From positions 148,234 to 212,233 of the forward strand of contig NQOV01000005.1 in NCBI GenBank assembly GCA_002632265.1: DNA of 64,000 nucleotides, read 5' to 3'. How positions within the stretch are numbered: position 1 is the stretch's first letter; the number at the start of each line of letters is the position of its first letter. Of this stretch, positions 10,307 to 20,907 are shown piece after piece. The notes under the pieces are model-generated. The model made no database searches and was not told the DNA's origin. It saw only the letters and a list, made by a program, of their open reading frames with translations. Both the position numbers and the translations under genes were made by a program. The stretch comes from Rhodospirillaceae bacterium MC! (GTDB taxonomy: Bacteria; Pseudomonadota; Alphaproteobacteria; MC1).

Positions 10307-11461
10307 ATGGATCTAGAAGAAAAAATTTTCGCTTGGTATAAACAGCTTCATGCAAATCCTGAATTGGGATTTTGCGAAAATCAAACGGCAAAATTATGTG
10401 CGAGCGAATTAAGGCAGTTGGGATATACTGTCAAGGAAAACATCGCAAAAACTGGCATAATCGCCGAACTCACAAAAGGATCAGCGGAAAAAGTCATCAT
10501 GTTAAGGGCTGATATGGACGCTTTGCCCATAAGCGAAAATACAGGCTTGCCTTATGCTTCAACCAATGGAGCTATGCACGCTTGCGGTCATGATAGTCAT
10601 ATGGCAATGATTCTTGGAGCTAGTACTATCTTAAAGGATGTGGATTTTAACGGAACTTTAAGAATTGCCATTCAACCTTGCGAAGAAAGTGAAGATGAAA
10701 ACGGCATGACTGGAGCTGGCTTAATGATCCAACAGGGAGTATTACAAAATGTCAATGCTTGTATCGGCTTGCATGTGGATAATATGATTCCTGTTGGCAG
10801 TATGTATATTAATAAAGATCAAGTTGTGAATGCGTCATCTAACCCCTTTTACATTGAAGTCATGGGGAAATCTTCCCATGGTGGAGCTACGCCACACTTG
10901 GGGGTTGACGCCATAGTCATATCGGCGGAAATAATAACGGCTTTGCAAAGCATAGTCTCTCGTAAGGTTTCGCCACATGATACGGCAGTGCTTTCTATTG
11001 GCACAATCAACGGCGGAGAGGCACAGAATATCATATCGCAAAAGGTGGTTATGAAAGGCGTAATTCGGACATTGAATGTGGACGCACAAAAAATCATTCT
11101 CGAAAATGCTAAAAGCATGGTCGAAAGTATCGCTAAAATGCACGGTGGCAGTGCTACATTTAATATTGTTACTAATCTCCCAACAAATGTAAATGATAAG
11201 GATCTTGCACAAATGGCCATTAACATCGCTCAAGATATGGATTTAGTAGTAAATGAAGAATATACAAGCATGGGAGCAGAAGATTTTTCCCTTTATAGTC
11301 AACAAGTGCCTACGCTTTTCGCCAAACTCGGAGCGAGTATCAATCCAGATAATCCCCACGATGTCGCCCCCTTACATCATCCCAACGCCCAACTTAATAA
11401 GGACGCTTTTATTTTAGGAGCTAAATTTTTTGTACAAATGACCACCAAACTATTAAGTTAG
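10307..11461 (+). CDS. M20D family amidohydrolase (hippurate hydrolase / N-acyl-L-amino-acid amidohydrolase-like)
   Basis: 384 aa; HACGHDSHMAMILGA metal-binding motif characteristic of peptidase M20D. Confidence 0.8.
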   Translation: MDLEEKIFAWYKQLHANPELGFCENQTAKLCASELRQLGYTVKENIAKTGIIAELTKGSAEKVIMLRADMDALPISENTGLPYASTNGAMHACGHDSHMAMILGASTILKDVDFNGTLRIAIQPCEESEDENGMTGAGLMIQQGVLQNVNACIGLHVDNMIPVGSMYINKDQVVNASSNPFYIEVMGKSSHGGATPHLGVDAIVISAEIITALQSIVSRKVSPHDTAVLSIGTINGGEAQNIISQKVVMKGVIRTLNVDAQKIILENAKSMVESIAKMHGGSATFNIVTNLPTNVNDKDLAQMAINIAQDMDLVVNEEYTSMGAEDFSLYSQQVPTLFAKLGASINPDNPHDVAPLHHPNAQLNKDAFILGAKFFVQMTTKLLS

Positions 11462-11572
11462 TTTAGTTATTGAGTTAGTAAAATATTAAAGTAAGAATAT
11501 TATAATAATATTTCATAAATGAATTTAATCAAGTAATATAATATAAGAAATTCAATCAAGGAGTATAATAAG

Positions 11573-12310
11573 ATGAAATTAAAATCACAGATAAATAAAT
11601 ATATTAAAGCATTAATAATTGGCGTATCGTGTGGATTTCTGTTGTGTATGTTTAATGGCTCACAGGCATACGCCTACGCTAAGATCAAACGTATCACACG
11701 TTTACCGATGAAAAAGCAATTATCTTTAAAAGAAACAAAAACGAAATGTGTACAAACAGCACTCGAACGCCAAAAGAAAGACAGTAAAATCACACTCAAC
11801 GAACGTAAAGCCTTATGTTACATCAATTATGCGAAATTAGGGCAGGTTAACGCTCAATATATCTTAGGTAAAATGTACGCTCACGCCCATAAGCAATATG
11901 TGGCAGAAGAATGGTTAAAGAAAGCTTTTGAAGCTAAAGATCGCAATGGTATGTATATCGGCAATCCTGAAGCGGGCTTTGAAATTGCAACAATGTATCT
12001 GAATGCGTTTTTATTTAATAAGAATCTAGAGTCTTTGGAAAGTGCTTACATGTGGCTTACTCATTCGGCAATGAAAGGCTCAAAATACGCCAAGGTAGGC
12101 TTAGCAAGATTATATATGAAATACAAAAACTATGAAGACGCCTACATATGGTACAAAGTTGCCGAACTCGATACTACAAAAATTGATCATGATATCAAAC
12201 AAAAAGAAGCTAACTACATTTTATATTCCCTATCAGACTCGGAGCGAAAAGACGCTCAAAAGAATATTGATGCGATAATGTCAAGAATGCCCATTAAGAT
12301 TAAATATTAA
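11573..12310 (+). CDS. Secreted Sel1/TPR-like repeat protein
   Basis: N-terminal signal peptide; repeated AxxxLGxMYxxxxxxxxAxxWxKKA-like Sel1 units. Confidence 0.4.
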   Translation: MKLKSQINKYIKALIIGVSCGFLLCMFNGSQAYAYAKIKRITRLPMKKQLSLKETKTKCVQTALERQKKDSKITLNERKALCYINYAKLGQVNAQYILGKMYAHAHKQYVAEEWLKKAFEAKDRNGMYIGNPEAGFEIATMYLNAFLFNKNLESLESAYMWLTHSAMKGSKYAKVGLARLYMKYKNYEDAYIWYKVAELDTTKIDHDIKQKEANYILYSLSDSERKDAQKNIDAIMSRMPIKIKY

Positions 12311-12346
12311 CAGCTCATACTTTATACCATTGAAAGATAATAAACA

Positions 12347-13117
12347 ATGATAACTCCTAAATTAAGATTATTTGTAGATCAAGAACATTTAACAATCAAT
12401 CATGTTTTTCACGCCGATAATTCTCAAGCTCATTATTTATTAAACGTCATGAGGTTAAAGGAAAACGATTTCATAGCAATTTTTAATGGTCATGACGGCG
12501 AATGGCTTGCCAAAATCGTCGATACTAAAAAGAAAACAACCAATATCCAATGCCTAAAGCAACTTAAAAGCCAACCAAATGAAAGCGATATTTGGTTAAT
12601 GTTCGCCCCACTTAAAAAGGATCGTCTTGACTATCTTTCACAAAAGGCGAGCGAATTGGGAGTCTCTGATCTTATGCCTGTGAAGACCGCACGCACCATA
12701 GTATCACGTGTTAAACTGGAACGTATTGCCTTAAATAGTATAGAGGCCTGCGAACAATGCGAACGCTTAAGCATTCCTAAGATCCACGAATATCAATCAC
12801 TAACAACCGCCTTAAGCGATTGGGATAAGGAACGCTTGTTGATATTCCTAGATGAAAATGGAAGTGGCAACTCCATATTACAAGTTCTACAATCGGAAGA
12901 GATCCAAAACAAACACTACACAAAATTCGCCATAGTAGTCGGCCCTGAAGGCGGATTCACAAAAGAAGAAGCCACCCACATTAAAAAGATAAAACCCGCC
13001 ACAGCCGTATCCCTAGGCTCTCGCATACTCCGAGCCGATACCGCCATCATCTCTTCCTTATCTTGCCTCCAAGCCTCTCTCGGCGACTGGCCCAACACCA
13101 AACCCACCAGACCATAA
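12347..13117 (+). CDS. rsmE: 16S rRNA (uracil1498-N3)-methyltransferase RsmE
   Basis: 256 aa; C-terminal SLGSRILRADTA motif of the RsmE/Methyltrans_RNA family. Confidence 0.75.
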   Translation: MITPKLRLFVDQEHLTINHVFHADNSQAHYLLNVMRLKENDFIAIFNGHDGEWLAKIVDTKKKTTNIQCLKQLKSQPNESDIWLMFAPLKKDRLDYLSQKASELGVSDLMPVKTARTIVSRVKLERIALNSIEACEQCERLSIPKIHEYQSLTTALSDWDKERLLIFLDENGSGNSILQVLQSEEIQNKHYTKFAIVVGPEGGFTKEEATHIKKIKPATAVSLGSRILRADTAIISSLSCLQASLGDWPNTKPTRP

Positions 13118-13140
13118 CTCGCTTGATAGCATATGATATC

Positions 13141-14610
13141 CTACAACTTAGCTAAAAGATTTTTTATTAAAATTTCTAGTTTGTCGACTGTGTCGGTTTT
13201 TACTCGTTCGAATGGGGCGTGCATGTCTAAGATGTCGGGGCCTAAGGATACTTTATCCATAACATGATTGCTATCAATAATCGCACATTCCAAGCCTGCA
13301 TGACAGGCCGTGATTTCGGGTTTCATATCAAAGAGATCATGATACAAAGCAACAACGACCTTAACCAAATCCGATGAAAAATCAGGTTGCCATCCATTAT
13401 ATTCACCAAATTGATCCACTTTAAGATCTTTAAATTCTCCCAATTGGAAAACATTCATGACCTTTTCTGCTAGATCGTGCATGCTGTGAGTGCTGCTCGC
13501 TCTTTGCAATGTGCCAACTTTCACAAAACCGTTAGATAAATACAGATTAGCGGTATTTGTTGATGTTTCCACTAAAGCACTATTTTGCGAACTCAATTTA
13601 TATACGCCATTCGGCAGTACATTTAAGGCCTTTAAAATTTTAGCTTGATCATGTGCAACCATGACCGATTTATCCGAGGTCTCATGTTCTACACAAGAGA
13701 TTTCTAAATTTTTCTCTGCTGATTTAAGTTCTTGAATTATTAGCTCTTTTGCCTTTTGAAATCTGCTTTGAAAGTCCTTAATTTTTGTATTTTCCACATA
13801 AATTATAGCGGTGCATAATCTTGGAATGGCATTTCTTGGATAATCACTTTTTATATTGTTAATATGCAACTCGATTTCTTTAGTTAGGCCTTGTAGGAAT
13901 CTTACCATTAACTTATTGGCGTTTTCCTTACCCTTGTTGATATCAACGCCCGAATGACCACCAGCAAGACCTTCCATAACAATTTGAAATCCTGTGAAAT
14001 TCGACGAAATATCCACAGTATCGTAAGCAAAAGATACAACCGTATCAAGCCCACCAGCACAACCAATAGTAATCATATCAAAGGGCGATGCGTCAAGATT
14101 AATTAATTTAGTAGCTTTTAATTTATCGGAATCCAATTGAAAAGCCCCTGTTAAGCCTGTTTCTTCGGCTACAGTGAAAATCGCCTCTATGTTCGGATGA
14201 GAAATCTCCGTATTCTCTAAAATCGTCAAGATATTCGCAACACCGATCCCATTATCCGCTCCCAATGTTGTCGCTCCTGCGGTTACCCACTCGCCATCCA
14301 CATAGGGCATAATCGCTTGATTTTCAAAATCAAATTTACTATCATCGGTTTTTTGCCACACCATATCAAGATGACCTTGTAAGGCTACAATCTCCTTAGA
14401 ATCAGAATTCTGTGCCGACTTCTGCAAAAACAAATTCCCTATCTCATCTTGCCTATATTCCAAGTTAAATTTCTCGGCAAAATCCATAATAAATTTACAT
14501 ATCTTCTCTTCCTTATTCGACCCACGTGGAACAGCACTAATCTCCTTAAACCAATACCACACTCTACTTCTTTCACACAAATCCGCAAAAGTATTAAAAC
14601 CATTCGACAT
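13141..14610 (-). CDS. pepD: Cytosol non-specific dipeptidase / Xaa-His dipeptidase PepD (M20C)
   Basis: 489 aa; LQGHLDMVWQK and TTLGADNGIGVA blocks align with the E. coli PepD LQAHLDMVPQK / TTLGADNGIGMA blocks. Confidence 0.8.
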   Translation of the reverse strand: MSNGFNTFADLCERSRVWYWFKEISAVPRGSNKEEKICKFIMDFAEKFNLEYRQDEIGNLFLQKSAQNSDSKEIVALQGHLDMVWQKTDDSKFDFENQAIMPYVDGEWVTAGATTLGADNGIGVANILTILENTEISHPNIEAIFTVAEETGLTGAFQLDSDKLKATKLINLDASPFDMITIGCAGGLDTVVSFAYDTVDISSNFTGFQIVMEGLAGGHSGVDINKGKENANKLMVRFLQGLTKEIELHINNIKSDYPRNAIPRLCTAIIYVENTKIKDFQSRFQKAKELIIQELKSAEKNLEISCVEHETSDKSVMVAHDQAKILKALNVLPNGVYKLSSQNSALVETSTNTANLYLSNGFVKVGTLQRASSTHSMHDLAEKVMNVFQLGEFKDLKVDQFGEYNGWQPDFSSDLVKVVVALYHDLFDMKPEITACHAGLECAIIDSNHVMDKVSLGPDILDMHAPFERVKTDTVDKLEILIKNLLAKL

Positions 14611-14922
14611 ATTTTAAATCTCCATTTTTTAGCTACTAACATTACTCCATTATACCACAATTCCCACAAAAATAAAAGAAAATAATTAGCAAATAATAAG
14701 TTAATAATAATTTTTTTGCGATTTTAAGACTTTTTTGTATATTAGCGGATTCTATTGTTATTCATACAATAAATATTCCCCACAAATACAAGCGGTAATT
14801 ATGTATAATTTCTATTATTTATGCTTTACGGTCTAATATTTAGACCGTAAATGATAAAATCTACAGAAAAGTAGCCATGTTTATTTAGATTTTGCTTTCT
14901 AAAATAATATGTCGGTTTTGTC

Positions 14923-15582
14923 TTACAATAGATTTGAAAGAGTGAAATATACTTTCCAAAATGAGTATTTAGTATATTCGATAAATAGTAGCTCTACTAC
15001 TCTAAAGCCTTTGATTTTATTGTGCAGATATACTGGTGTGGTAGCTATTTTGATGTTAGGCATGACGTTTTTAAAGAACATTAAAGCACGTGGCATATGA
15101 TAATAGGCAGTAACTAAACGTAAGGATGTAAAATGATTTTTATCCATCCATTTTTTAGCTTCGATGGCGTTGCCGTGGGTGTTGCGTGCGTCGTATCCTA
15201 GGGAAATACGTTGTAAAGCGTCCTTAGGATAATCTTTATTATAGCGTAAGATTGTCTTTACTGTGTTAGCTCGATAGACTCCGCTAATTAGCATTTTACT
15301 ACTCAAGTTCTTTTTCAATAAATTAAAGCCGAAGTTTATACGCCCCATACCGCCAGTTAATACGACTATGGCGTCCGTATGAGTGATGTTCGCATATTGA
15401 GATTTAAGATTTTTCTCTTGAGATTTATTATGGGGAATACTAAAGGTATAAAAAGCAAAAAAGCCTACTATCCACAACAAAAATATTACACAACAGGCAA
15501 TAATAATTCTTCTTTTTCTCTTTGATCTTGATCTCGATAATGACCTATTTTTAGATAGCTTTTTAAACATGATAAGTGTCAA
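14923..15582 (-). CDS. DUF218 (YdcF/SanA/ElyC-like) membrane-anchored protein
   Basis: N-terminal transmembrane helix followed by VVLTGG..HMPRA DUF218-type motifs. Confidence 0.6.
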   Translation of the reverse strand: MTLIMFKKLSKNRSLSRSRSKRKRRIIIACCVIFLLWIVGFFAFYTFSIPHNKSQEKNLKSQYANITHTDAIVVLTGGMGRINFGFNLLKKNLSSKMLISGVYRANTVKTILRYNKDYPKDALQRISLGYDARNTHGNAIEAKKWMDKNHFTSLRLVTAYYHMPRALMFFKNVMPNIKIATTPVYLHNKIKGFRVVELLFIEYTKYSFWKVYFTLSNLL

Positions 15583-15904
15583 CCCTTTATTTTATAGTAT
15601 TTTGCATATTTTTTATATGGACGTTTTATAAAGATAACATTATCTGACCTAAAATGCAACCATAATTATTATAAAAAAGTTATTTATATAATAAATTCTA
15701 AAGAAAAACACTCCCTTTATATGTAGCCTTTTACCTACCAACTAATGCTTTATCAGACAGATACCCTATTCTAATTCTAGCCAAGATCTTGACCGACAGT
15801 CGCCCTACTTCTCGAGCAGAGATCTTGAGAAACGATCCAAAAACAACATTATTATACATATTACCATTCCATATTACATCTTCCCCGCACATAAAAACGT
15901 TAAT

Positions 15905-16160
15905 TATATATCATTTATATTGTCTATATTTACAGGCCTAAACTAGATATAATATAATAAATTAATGGCGTATCTACAAACAGTTATTTATTAAACTATA
16001 TTTAAAGTAGTTTTAAGTATATTTATTGTATATACATCTTTAGGCCAGCAAAAAAATAACAATCAAGAGAATATAAAACACTCATATTTTATTTGCAATG
16101 TTATATGGTGCGATGTTATATGGTATGATGTGGTATTGTGTGGTATTATATAGTGTGATC
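15905..16160. repeat. Copy 1 of dispersed repeat family C, about 260 bp. Contains CAGGCCTAAACTAGATATAATATA ... CTTTAGGCCAGCAAA ... ATATAAAACA ... TTTTATTTGCAATGT.
   Basis: About 75 percent identical to 54205-54470; internal GGCCTAAA/TTTAGGCC inverted pair. Confidence 0.7.
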
Positions 16161-16306
16161 TTTGATTTTAATATCTGCTATATAAAAACAGTTAGTTATA
16201 ACAAAAGCTCTTGAATAGTCAAGAGCTTTTATTAATATTATAGCAACGGGATTCTTAAAAGAAATTTGAAAATTCACAAAGCATTCTATAGGATATCTTA
16301 AATAAA

Positions 16307-16858
16307 TTAATCTACAGAGTTTGCATGTTTACTTTCTGGTGCTATTGAGAATTGAACTCTAGTACCATTTCCGATAGCTTCAGGAACTAACGTAACTGTA
16401 GCAATACGTTTATCGTATTGATAAGTTAAGACAGAAGATTCGGCTCTCATTGTAGAGATCGACTTCCAACCGAAATCAGCCATGTTTTTTTGATAGAAAT
16501 CAAACATCTTGCTCATTTTGTAGGGAGCGTCTAGAGATAATCTGCCGATCCAGTTTGTAGCTCCGCCCATTACTACGGTATGCCCCAAGTCCAACTGACT
16601 ATCAGAGGGCATTGGGATATCAACAAACTTCATAAACGATGTGTACATGCGACCATTATAATTTGGTGGTAGTACTACTTTAGATTTTGTAGTTGTAGTT
16701 TTATTTTGGGTTGTTGATGAAGATGATAATGACGCTTGGGTATTATCATTTGATGAATTCGTATCTATTTCACAAGCCGATAAAGCTAATGTAATAGATG
16801 AAATTAATAGTGTGCTTTTTAGAAGTTTTTTCATTGGTATTTCCCCATATTCGTACAT
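16307..16858 (-). CDS. Lipoprotein with an S/T-rich linker, function unknown. It lies directly downstream of cydABX on the same strand.
   Basis: Signal peptide with a lipobox (LALSAC); 183 aa. Confidence 0.5.
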   Translation of the reverse strand: MYEYGEIPMKKLLKSTLLISSITLALSACEIDTNSSNDNTQASLSSSSTTQNKTTTTKSKVVLPPNYNGRMYTSFMKFVDIPMPSDSQLDLGHTVVMGGATNWIGRLSLDAPYKMSKMFDFYQKNMADFGWKSISTMRAESSVLTYQYDKRIATVTLVPEAIGNGTRVQFSIAPESKHANSVD

Positions 16859-16913
16859 AGTAACAGATCCTAAGATATTACATATATTATATAGGGAAAT
16901 AGTTAAAAATTAT

Positions 16914-17006
16914 TTAAAAATTACTTTTCTTATTAATTTTTTTTGATAAGTTTACACTTAGCATAACACCAATGAATGTAACGATTATCCATGCAATGTA
17001 CCACAT
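16914..17006 (-). CDS. cydX: Cytochrome bd oxidase small subunit CydX, 30 aa (MWYIAWIIVTFIGVMLSVNLSKKINKKSNF). It is not in the ORF track.
   Basis: Lies 35 nt downstream of cydB; AAGGA ribosome-binding site 9 nt upstream; N-terminal MWYxAWI matches the CydX family; single transmembrane helix. Confidence 0.7.
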   Translation of the reverse strand: MWYIAWIIVTFIGVMLSVNLSKKINKKSNF

Positions 17007-17041
17007 ATTATAGATCCTTATTTAAATTATAGTTGAAATTA

Positions 17042-18178
17042 TTAGTAAGCTGTTTCATCTGATTCGATTTCTGTCAGAGTCACACGCCCACGCATTACAC
17101 GAATCACCCAACCAATGTAAAATAATACAATAGGTAAGAAAATGATTACTGCACATAGCATGATCTCTAAAGAAAGTTTACTACTACTAGCATTCCAAAC
17201 CGTTAAGCTTGAATTAGGCGATAAACTTGATGGCATTAAGAATGGGAATGCAGTAACACCCGCTGTTCCAATAATACACATGATAGCAAATGAATTTGTT
17301 ATCATTGCGAATTTCGGCATGCTTGAAACCTTAACCATAGTAACGGCTGTAGCTAAAATCCCTAAAATAGGAACAATATACAAATAAGGATGAGCAACCA
17401 TGTGCATAGCCCAAGCTCCATGAACCACTTCTACAGATCCACTCATAAGAGGGTTTGAAGGTCCGCCTGTAATACCATTTACAACTTGGAAACCGTCTAA
17501 GAATGGTAACCATATACCACCGATAATAAATAATACTATCGTAATAGGAGCAGTAACTTTAACAAGCTTTTTAGCACGTTCGGCGATGATATCATCAGCC
17601 TTACAAGCCAAATATGTAGCCCCTTGTGTCAATGAGAAACTCAAAGAAACCAAACCACAAAGCAAAGCAAAAGGATGTAATAGCTCAAATAAGCCAGTTC
17701 CTTTATATTGGATGAACATAGTCATAGGATCAAACTGGAAGTTTGCCCCAATGAAGATATTACCCACTGCTACACCGCATAAAAGTGGCGGTAACGCTCC
17801 TGATAGACATAAACCCCAATCGTAGATTCTTCTTACAGATTCATCTTTGTGTTTACCTCTAAATTTAAAACATACCGGACGAATGATCAACAATGCCAAT
17901 AATGTTAAAATTGCAAAATAAAAACCCGAAAAAGCCATTGAGTACACATGTGGCCACGCAGCAAACACTGCACCACCGCCAAGAATTAACCATACTTGAT
18001 TACTTTCCCAGTAAGGACCCATTGAATTGATCATAACACGACGTTCTTTATCGGTTTTACCTAAGAATGGAACTAAAGCACCTACGCCCATATCGTAACC
18101 ATCCATGATAGCGAAGCCCATAAGTAATACACCTAATAGGATCCACCAAATTATTCTAAATACTTCGTATGAAAACAT
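17042..18178 (-). CDS. cydB: Cytochrome bd ubiquinol oxidase subunit II
   Basis: 378 aa polytopic membrane protein immediately downstream of cydA. Confidence 0.9.
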   Translation of the reverse strand: MFSYEVFRIIWWILLGVLLMGFAIMDGYDMGVGALVPFLGKTDKERRVMINSMGPYWESNQVWLILGGGAVFAAWPHVYSMAFSGFYFAILTLLALLIIRPVCFKFRGKHKDESVRRIYDWGLCLSGALPPLLCGVAVGNIFIGANFQFDPMTMFIQYKGTGLFELLHPFALLCGLVSLSFSLTQGATYLACKADDIIAERAKKLVKVTAPITIVLFIIGGIWLPFLDGFQVVNGITGGPSNPLMSGSVEVVHGAWAMHMVAHPYLYIVPILGILATAVTMVKVSSMPKFAMITNSFAIMCIIGTAGVTAFPFLMPSSLSPNSSLTVWNASSSKLSLEIMLCAVIIFLPIVLFYIGWVIRVMRGRVTLTEIESDETAY

Positions 18179-18190
18179 TTTTTTCTCCTA

Positions 18191-19714
18191 TTATTCTACG
18201 ACTTTTTCGCCAGTTTTAACTGTACGAACCATTAAGATAAGTTCTACTACTAACATAATTGTATATAGTGCAACGAATCCCAATAAGGAAATTAAAACAC
18301 TTGCCATTGTTAAATCCGAATGACTAACAGAAGTAGGCAGAATATCTTGAATAACCCAAGGTTGACGCCCCATTTCTGCTACAACCCAACCCAGTTGTGC
18401 TGCGATAATTGGCAATGGTAACGATAAAATTGAAAGCAACAAAATACATTTTGGTACTGTGGCAATTGTCCCACGATAAGCTTTAAACACCCAGTACGCC
18501 ATAAACAGAATGAAGTACGCACCAATGGCAACCATCAAATGGAATGTGGTAAATAGCACAGTAACATTAGGGATACTATCTTCTACAGCTTGTTCGATTT
18601 GTTCTGGAGTCGCCTCGTCGATTTGTGGATTATATTTCTTCAGCAATAATCCATAACCGAAGTCATTTTGATGTTCTTTAAAGAGAGCTAAATTAGCTTC
18701 TTTATCAATGCCTTTATGGACATCTTGGAATGCTTTCCAAGCTATCTGACCATTTTTAATACGCTCTCTATTTTCATCTCTAAAAGTATTTAAACCTTTA
18801 ATAGGTCTTGTTAAGCTATGATGAACTAACAGACCGCCTAAATAAGGCACGGTAAGAGATACTGTGTTTTTATGTTCAGATTGACTAGAAACAATAAACA
18901 CATTCGCAGGAGCTGGGGCTTCTGTATCATTCCATACACCTTCCATAGCTGCTACTTTGATTGGTTGATGTTCACCAACAACGTAACCAGCAGTATCGCC
19001 TGCAACCGCATTGAAGATCATCGCCACTAAACCGAACATTGAGGCAATGGCAATGGAACGAATAGCCAATTCTCTTGAGCGATTTTTTAATAGATAGAAT
19101 GCACTAATTGCAATGATAAACGCTGCACCAGCCACATAACCACCCGCTACAACGTGAGCGAATTTTGTTTGAGCTTCTTGGTTGATGAATACATCCCAAA
19201 AGTTAGTAAGTTCCATACGCATGGTATCAGTGTTAAACACCGAACCAACAGGATGTTGCATCCAACCATTAGCAACAAGAATCCATAAAGCAGAAAGGTT
19301 AGTCCCGATCGCCATTAGCCAAGTTGCAACACAGTGTTGCTTAGGAGTTAGTTTTTTCCAACCTAGGAAGAATAATCCGACAAAGGTTGATTCTAAGAAG
19401 AAAGCCATTAAGCCTTCGATTGCTAAAGGTACACCGAAGATATCGCCCACATAGTATGAGTAATACGACCAGTTAGTACCGAATTGAAATTCCATTGTTA
19501 AACCTGTTGCTACACCCATAGCAAAGTTAATTCCAAATAGAACGCCCCAAAAACGAACCATTTTTTTATAGATTTCGTTTTTAGTTACTAAATATGTTGT
19601 TTCCATTATAGCTAAAAGAAAACTCAAGCCCAATGTTAACGGAACGAATATAAAGTGATATAAAGCTGTTGATGCAAATTGCAAACGAGATAACAACTCA
19701 ACTGTATCATTCAT
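18191..19714 (-). CDS. cydA: Cytochrome bd ubiquinol oxidase subunit I
   Basis: 507 aa; Q-loop region with a GRQPW motif. Confidence 0.9.
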   Translation of the reverse strand: MNDTVELLSRLQFASTALYHFIFVPLTLGLSFLLAIMETTYLVTKNEIYKKMVRFWGVLFGINFAMGVATGLTMEFQFGTNWSYYSYYVGDIFGVPLAIEGLMAFFLESTFVGLFFLGWKKLTPKQHCVATWLMAIGTNLSALWILVANGWMQHPVGSVFNTDTMRMELTNFWDVFINQEAQTKFAHVVAGGYVAGAAFIIAISAFYLLKNRSRELAIRSIAIASMFGLVAMIFNAVAGDTAGYVVGEHQPIKVAAMEGVWNDTEAPAPANVFIVSSQSEHKNTVSLTVPYLGGLLVHHSLTRPIKGLNTFRDENRERIKNGQIAWKAFQDVHKGIDKEANLALFKEHQNDFGYGLLLKKYNPQIDEATPEQIEQAVEDSIPNVTVLFTTFHLMVAIGAYFILFMAYWVFKAYRGTIATVPKCILLLSILSLPLPIIAAQLGWVVAEMGRQPWVIQDILPTSVSHSDLTMASVLISLLGFVALYTIMLVVELILMVRTVKTGEKVVE

Positions 19715-19797
19715 TATTTTAATCCTTTCTTTGAATTATTGATTTAAAATAGTTTTAAAACCTTAAAAGTTTGATAAGCTAACTTAATTAATTAACC

Positions 19798-19944
19798 TTA
19801 ATCAAGTATATGATGTTGTGCAACTTCTGCTTTGATTTCATCTCTTGAATGATGAAAAAACAAAAAGATAGCGCCTATAAAAATAAATTTTATCAGAACC
19901 ACTTTAAACACTGATTTAGTTATGTTTCTTTGATCTTTATTCAT
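19798..19944 (-). CDS. Candidate 48-aa single-transmembrane small protein, 84 nt upstream of cydA (MNKDQRNITKSVFKVVLIKFIFIGAIFLFFHHSRDEIKAEVAQHHILD)
   Basis: Hand-translated ORF; hydrophobic core with charged termini; weak ribosome-binding site; speculative. Confidence 0.25.
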   Translation of the reverse strand: MNKDQRNITKSVFKVVLIKFIFIGAIFLFFHHSRDEIKAEVAQHHILD

Positions 19945-20208
19945 TATAATTTACTTTCATTATTAATTTATATCAAGTATTAAGAATCTTATACTACTAA
20001 TTAAATTATATCAAAAAAAAATAATTTTTACAAGGAAAAAATAATAATTTTTTACTAAGAAAAAAAATATTGTTATTGTTTAAATCTTATGATATAATGA
20101 ATTATTATAGTCATATATATTTAACTTAGTTGATATAATCTATTGAAATGTTATATGGGAATAACTAAATAATAGGATATCGATTGGACATAAATCAAAG
20201 GAATTACC

Positions 20209-20727
20209 ATGCCATTATTATTAGAATTAGGAAAAGGTGAACGTTGTATTATTAACGGTGCGGTTATCGAAAGTGCCAATACTACATCTAAAATCTTCAT
20301 TCACAATCACGCCAATATCTTAAGATATAGCGAAATTATGACTCCTGAAGAGGCAGCGACTCCGGCCGCTAGTGTGTATTATGCTTTGCAATGTGCTTAT
20401 ATTTTCACAGCGAAAAAGGAAGAGTACATCGCTCATTTTAACGAATACGTTAAGCAGTTTTTACAAGCTGTGCCATCGAGTTCGGGCATTATTCATTCGA
20501 TTTTGGAACTTGTGGCTAAGGATAATTATTACAAAGCCTTAAAGCAAGTTCGAGCTTTATTGAGTTATGAAAATAAAGTCTTAAATGATTATAATGAGAT
20601 TCTAGAACAATCCAAAGCCGAAGAAGAAGAACAACTTCAACAACACGCCGGTGCAGATGAAAAGATTTTTCAAAAGCCAGTAATCAAACCAGGCGAAACC
20701 TTAGCCGACGTCTTGAACGATGACTAA
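20209..20727 (+). CDS. flbT: Flagellar biosynthesis repressor FlbT-like protein
   Basis: N-terminal LELGKGERCIINGAVI and TPEEAATPAASVYYALQCAYI match the alphaproteobacterial FlbT pattern (LKPGERxxINGAV .. ATTPLRQLYFxxQ). Confidence 0.55.
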   Translation: MPLLLELGKGERCIINGAVIESANTTSKIFIHNHANILRYSEIMTPEEAATPAASVYYALQCAYIFTAKKEEYIAHFNEYVKQFLQAVPSSSGIIHSILELVAKDNYYKALKQVRALLSYENKVLNDYNEILEQSKAEEEEQLQQHAGADEKIFQKPVIKPGETLADVLNDD

Positions 20728-20907
20728 ATATCAAGCTTAATTCATATGTATAAGAAATCTGTGAATTAAAACAAAACTATTAAAGGGCTTAATATATATA
20801 ACTTCAATTTAGCTATCTTGCTTAAAGATTAATCTTGAAGTCATATGATTATGTATAAATTTGCGTATGGATAAATGCGTATTTAAGAAAATAAGGGAAA
20901 TATAAGT

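Noticed and set aside
10835-11233. Two overlapping minus-strand ORFs of 125-132 aa
   Set aside because: Fully antisense to the well-supported M20 amidohydrolase gene.
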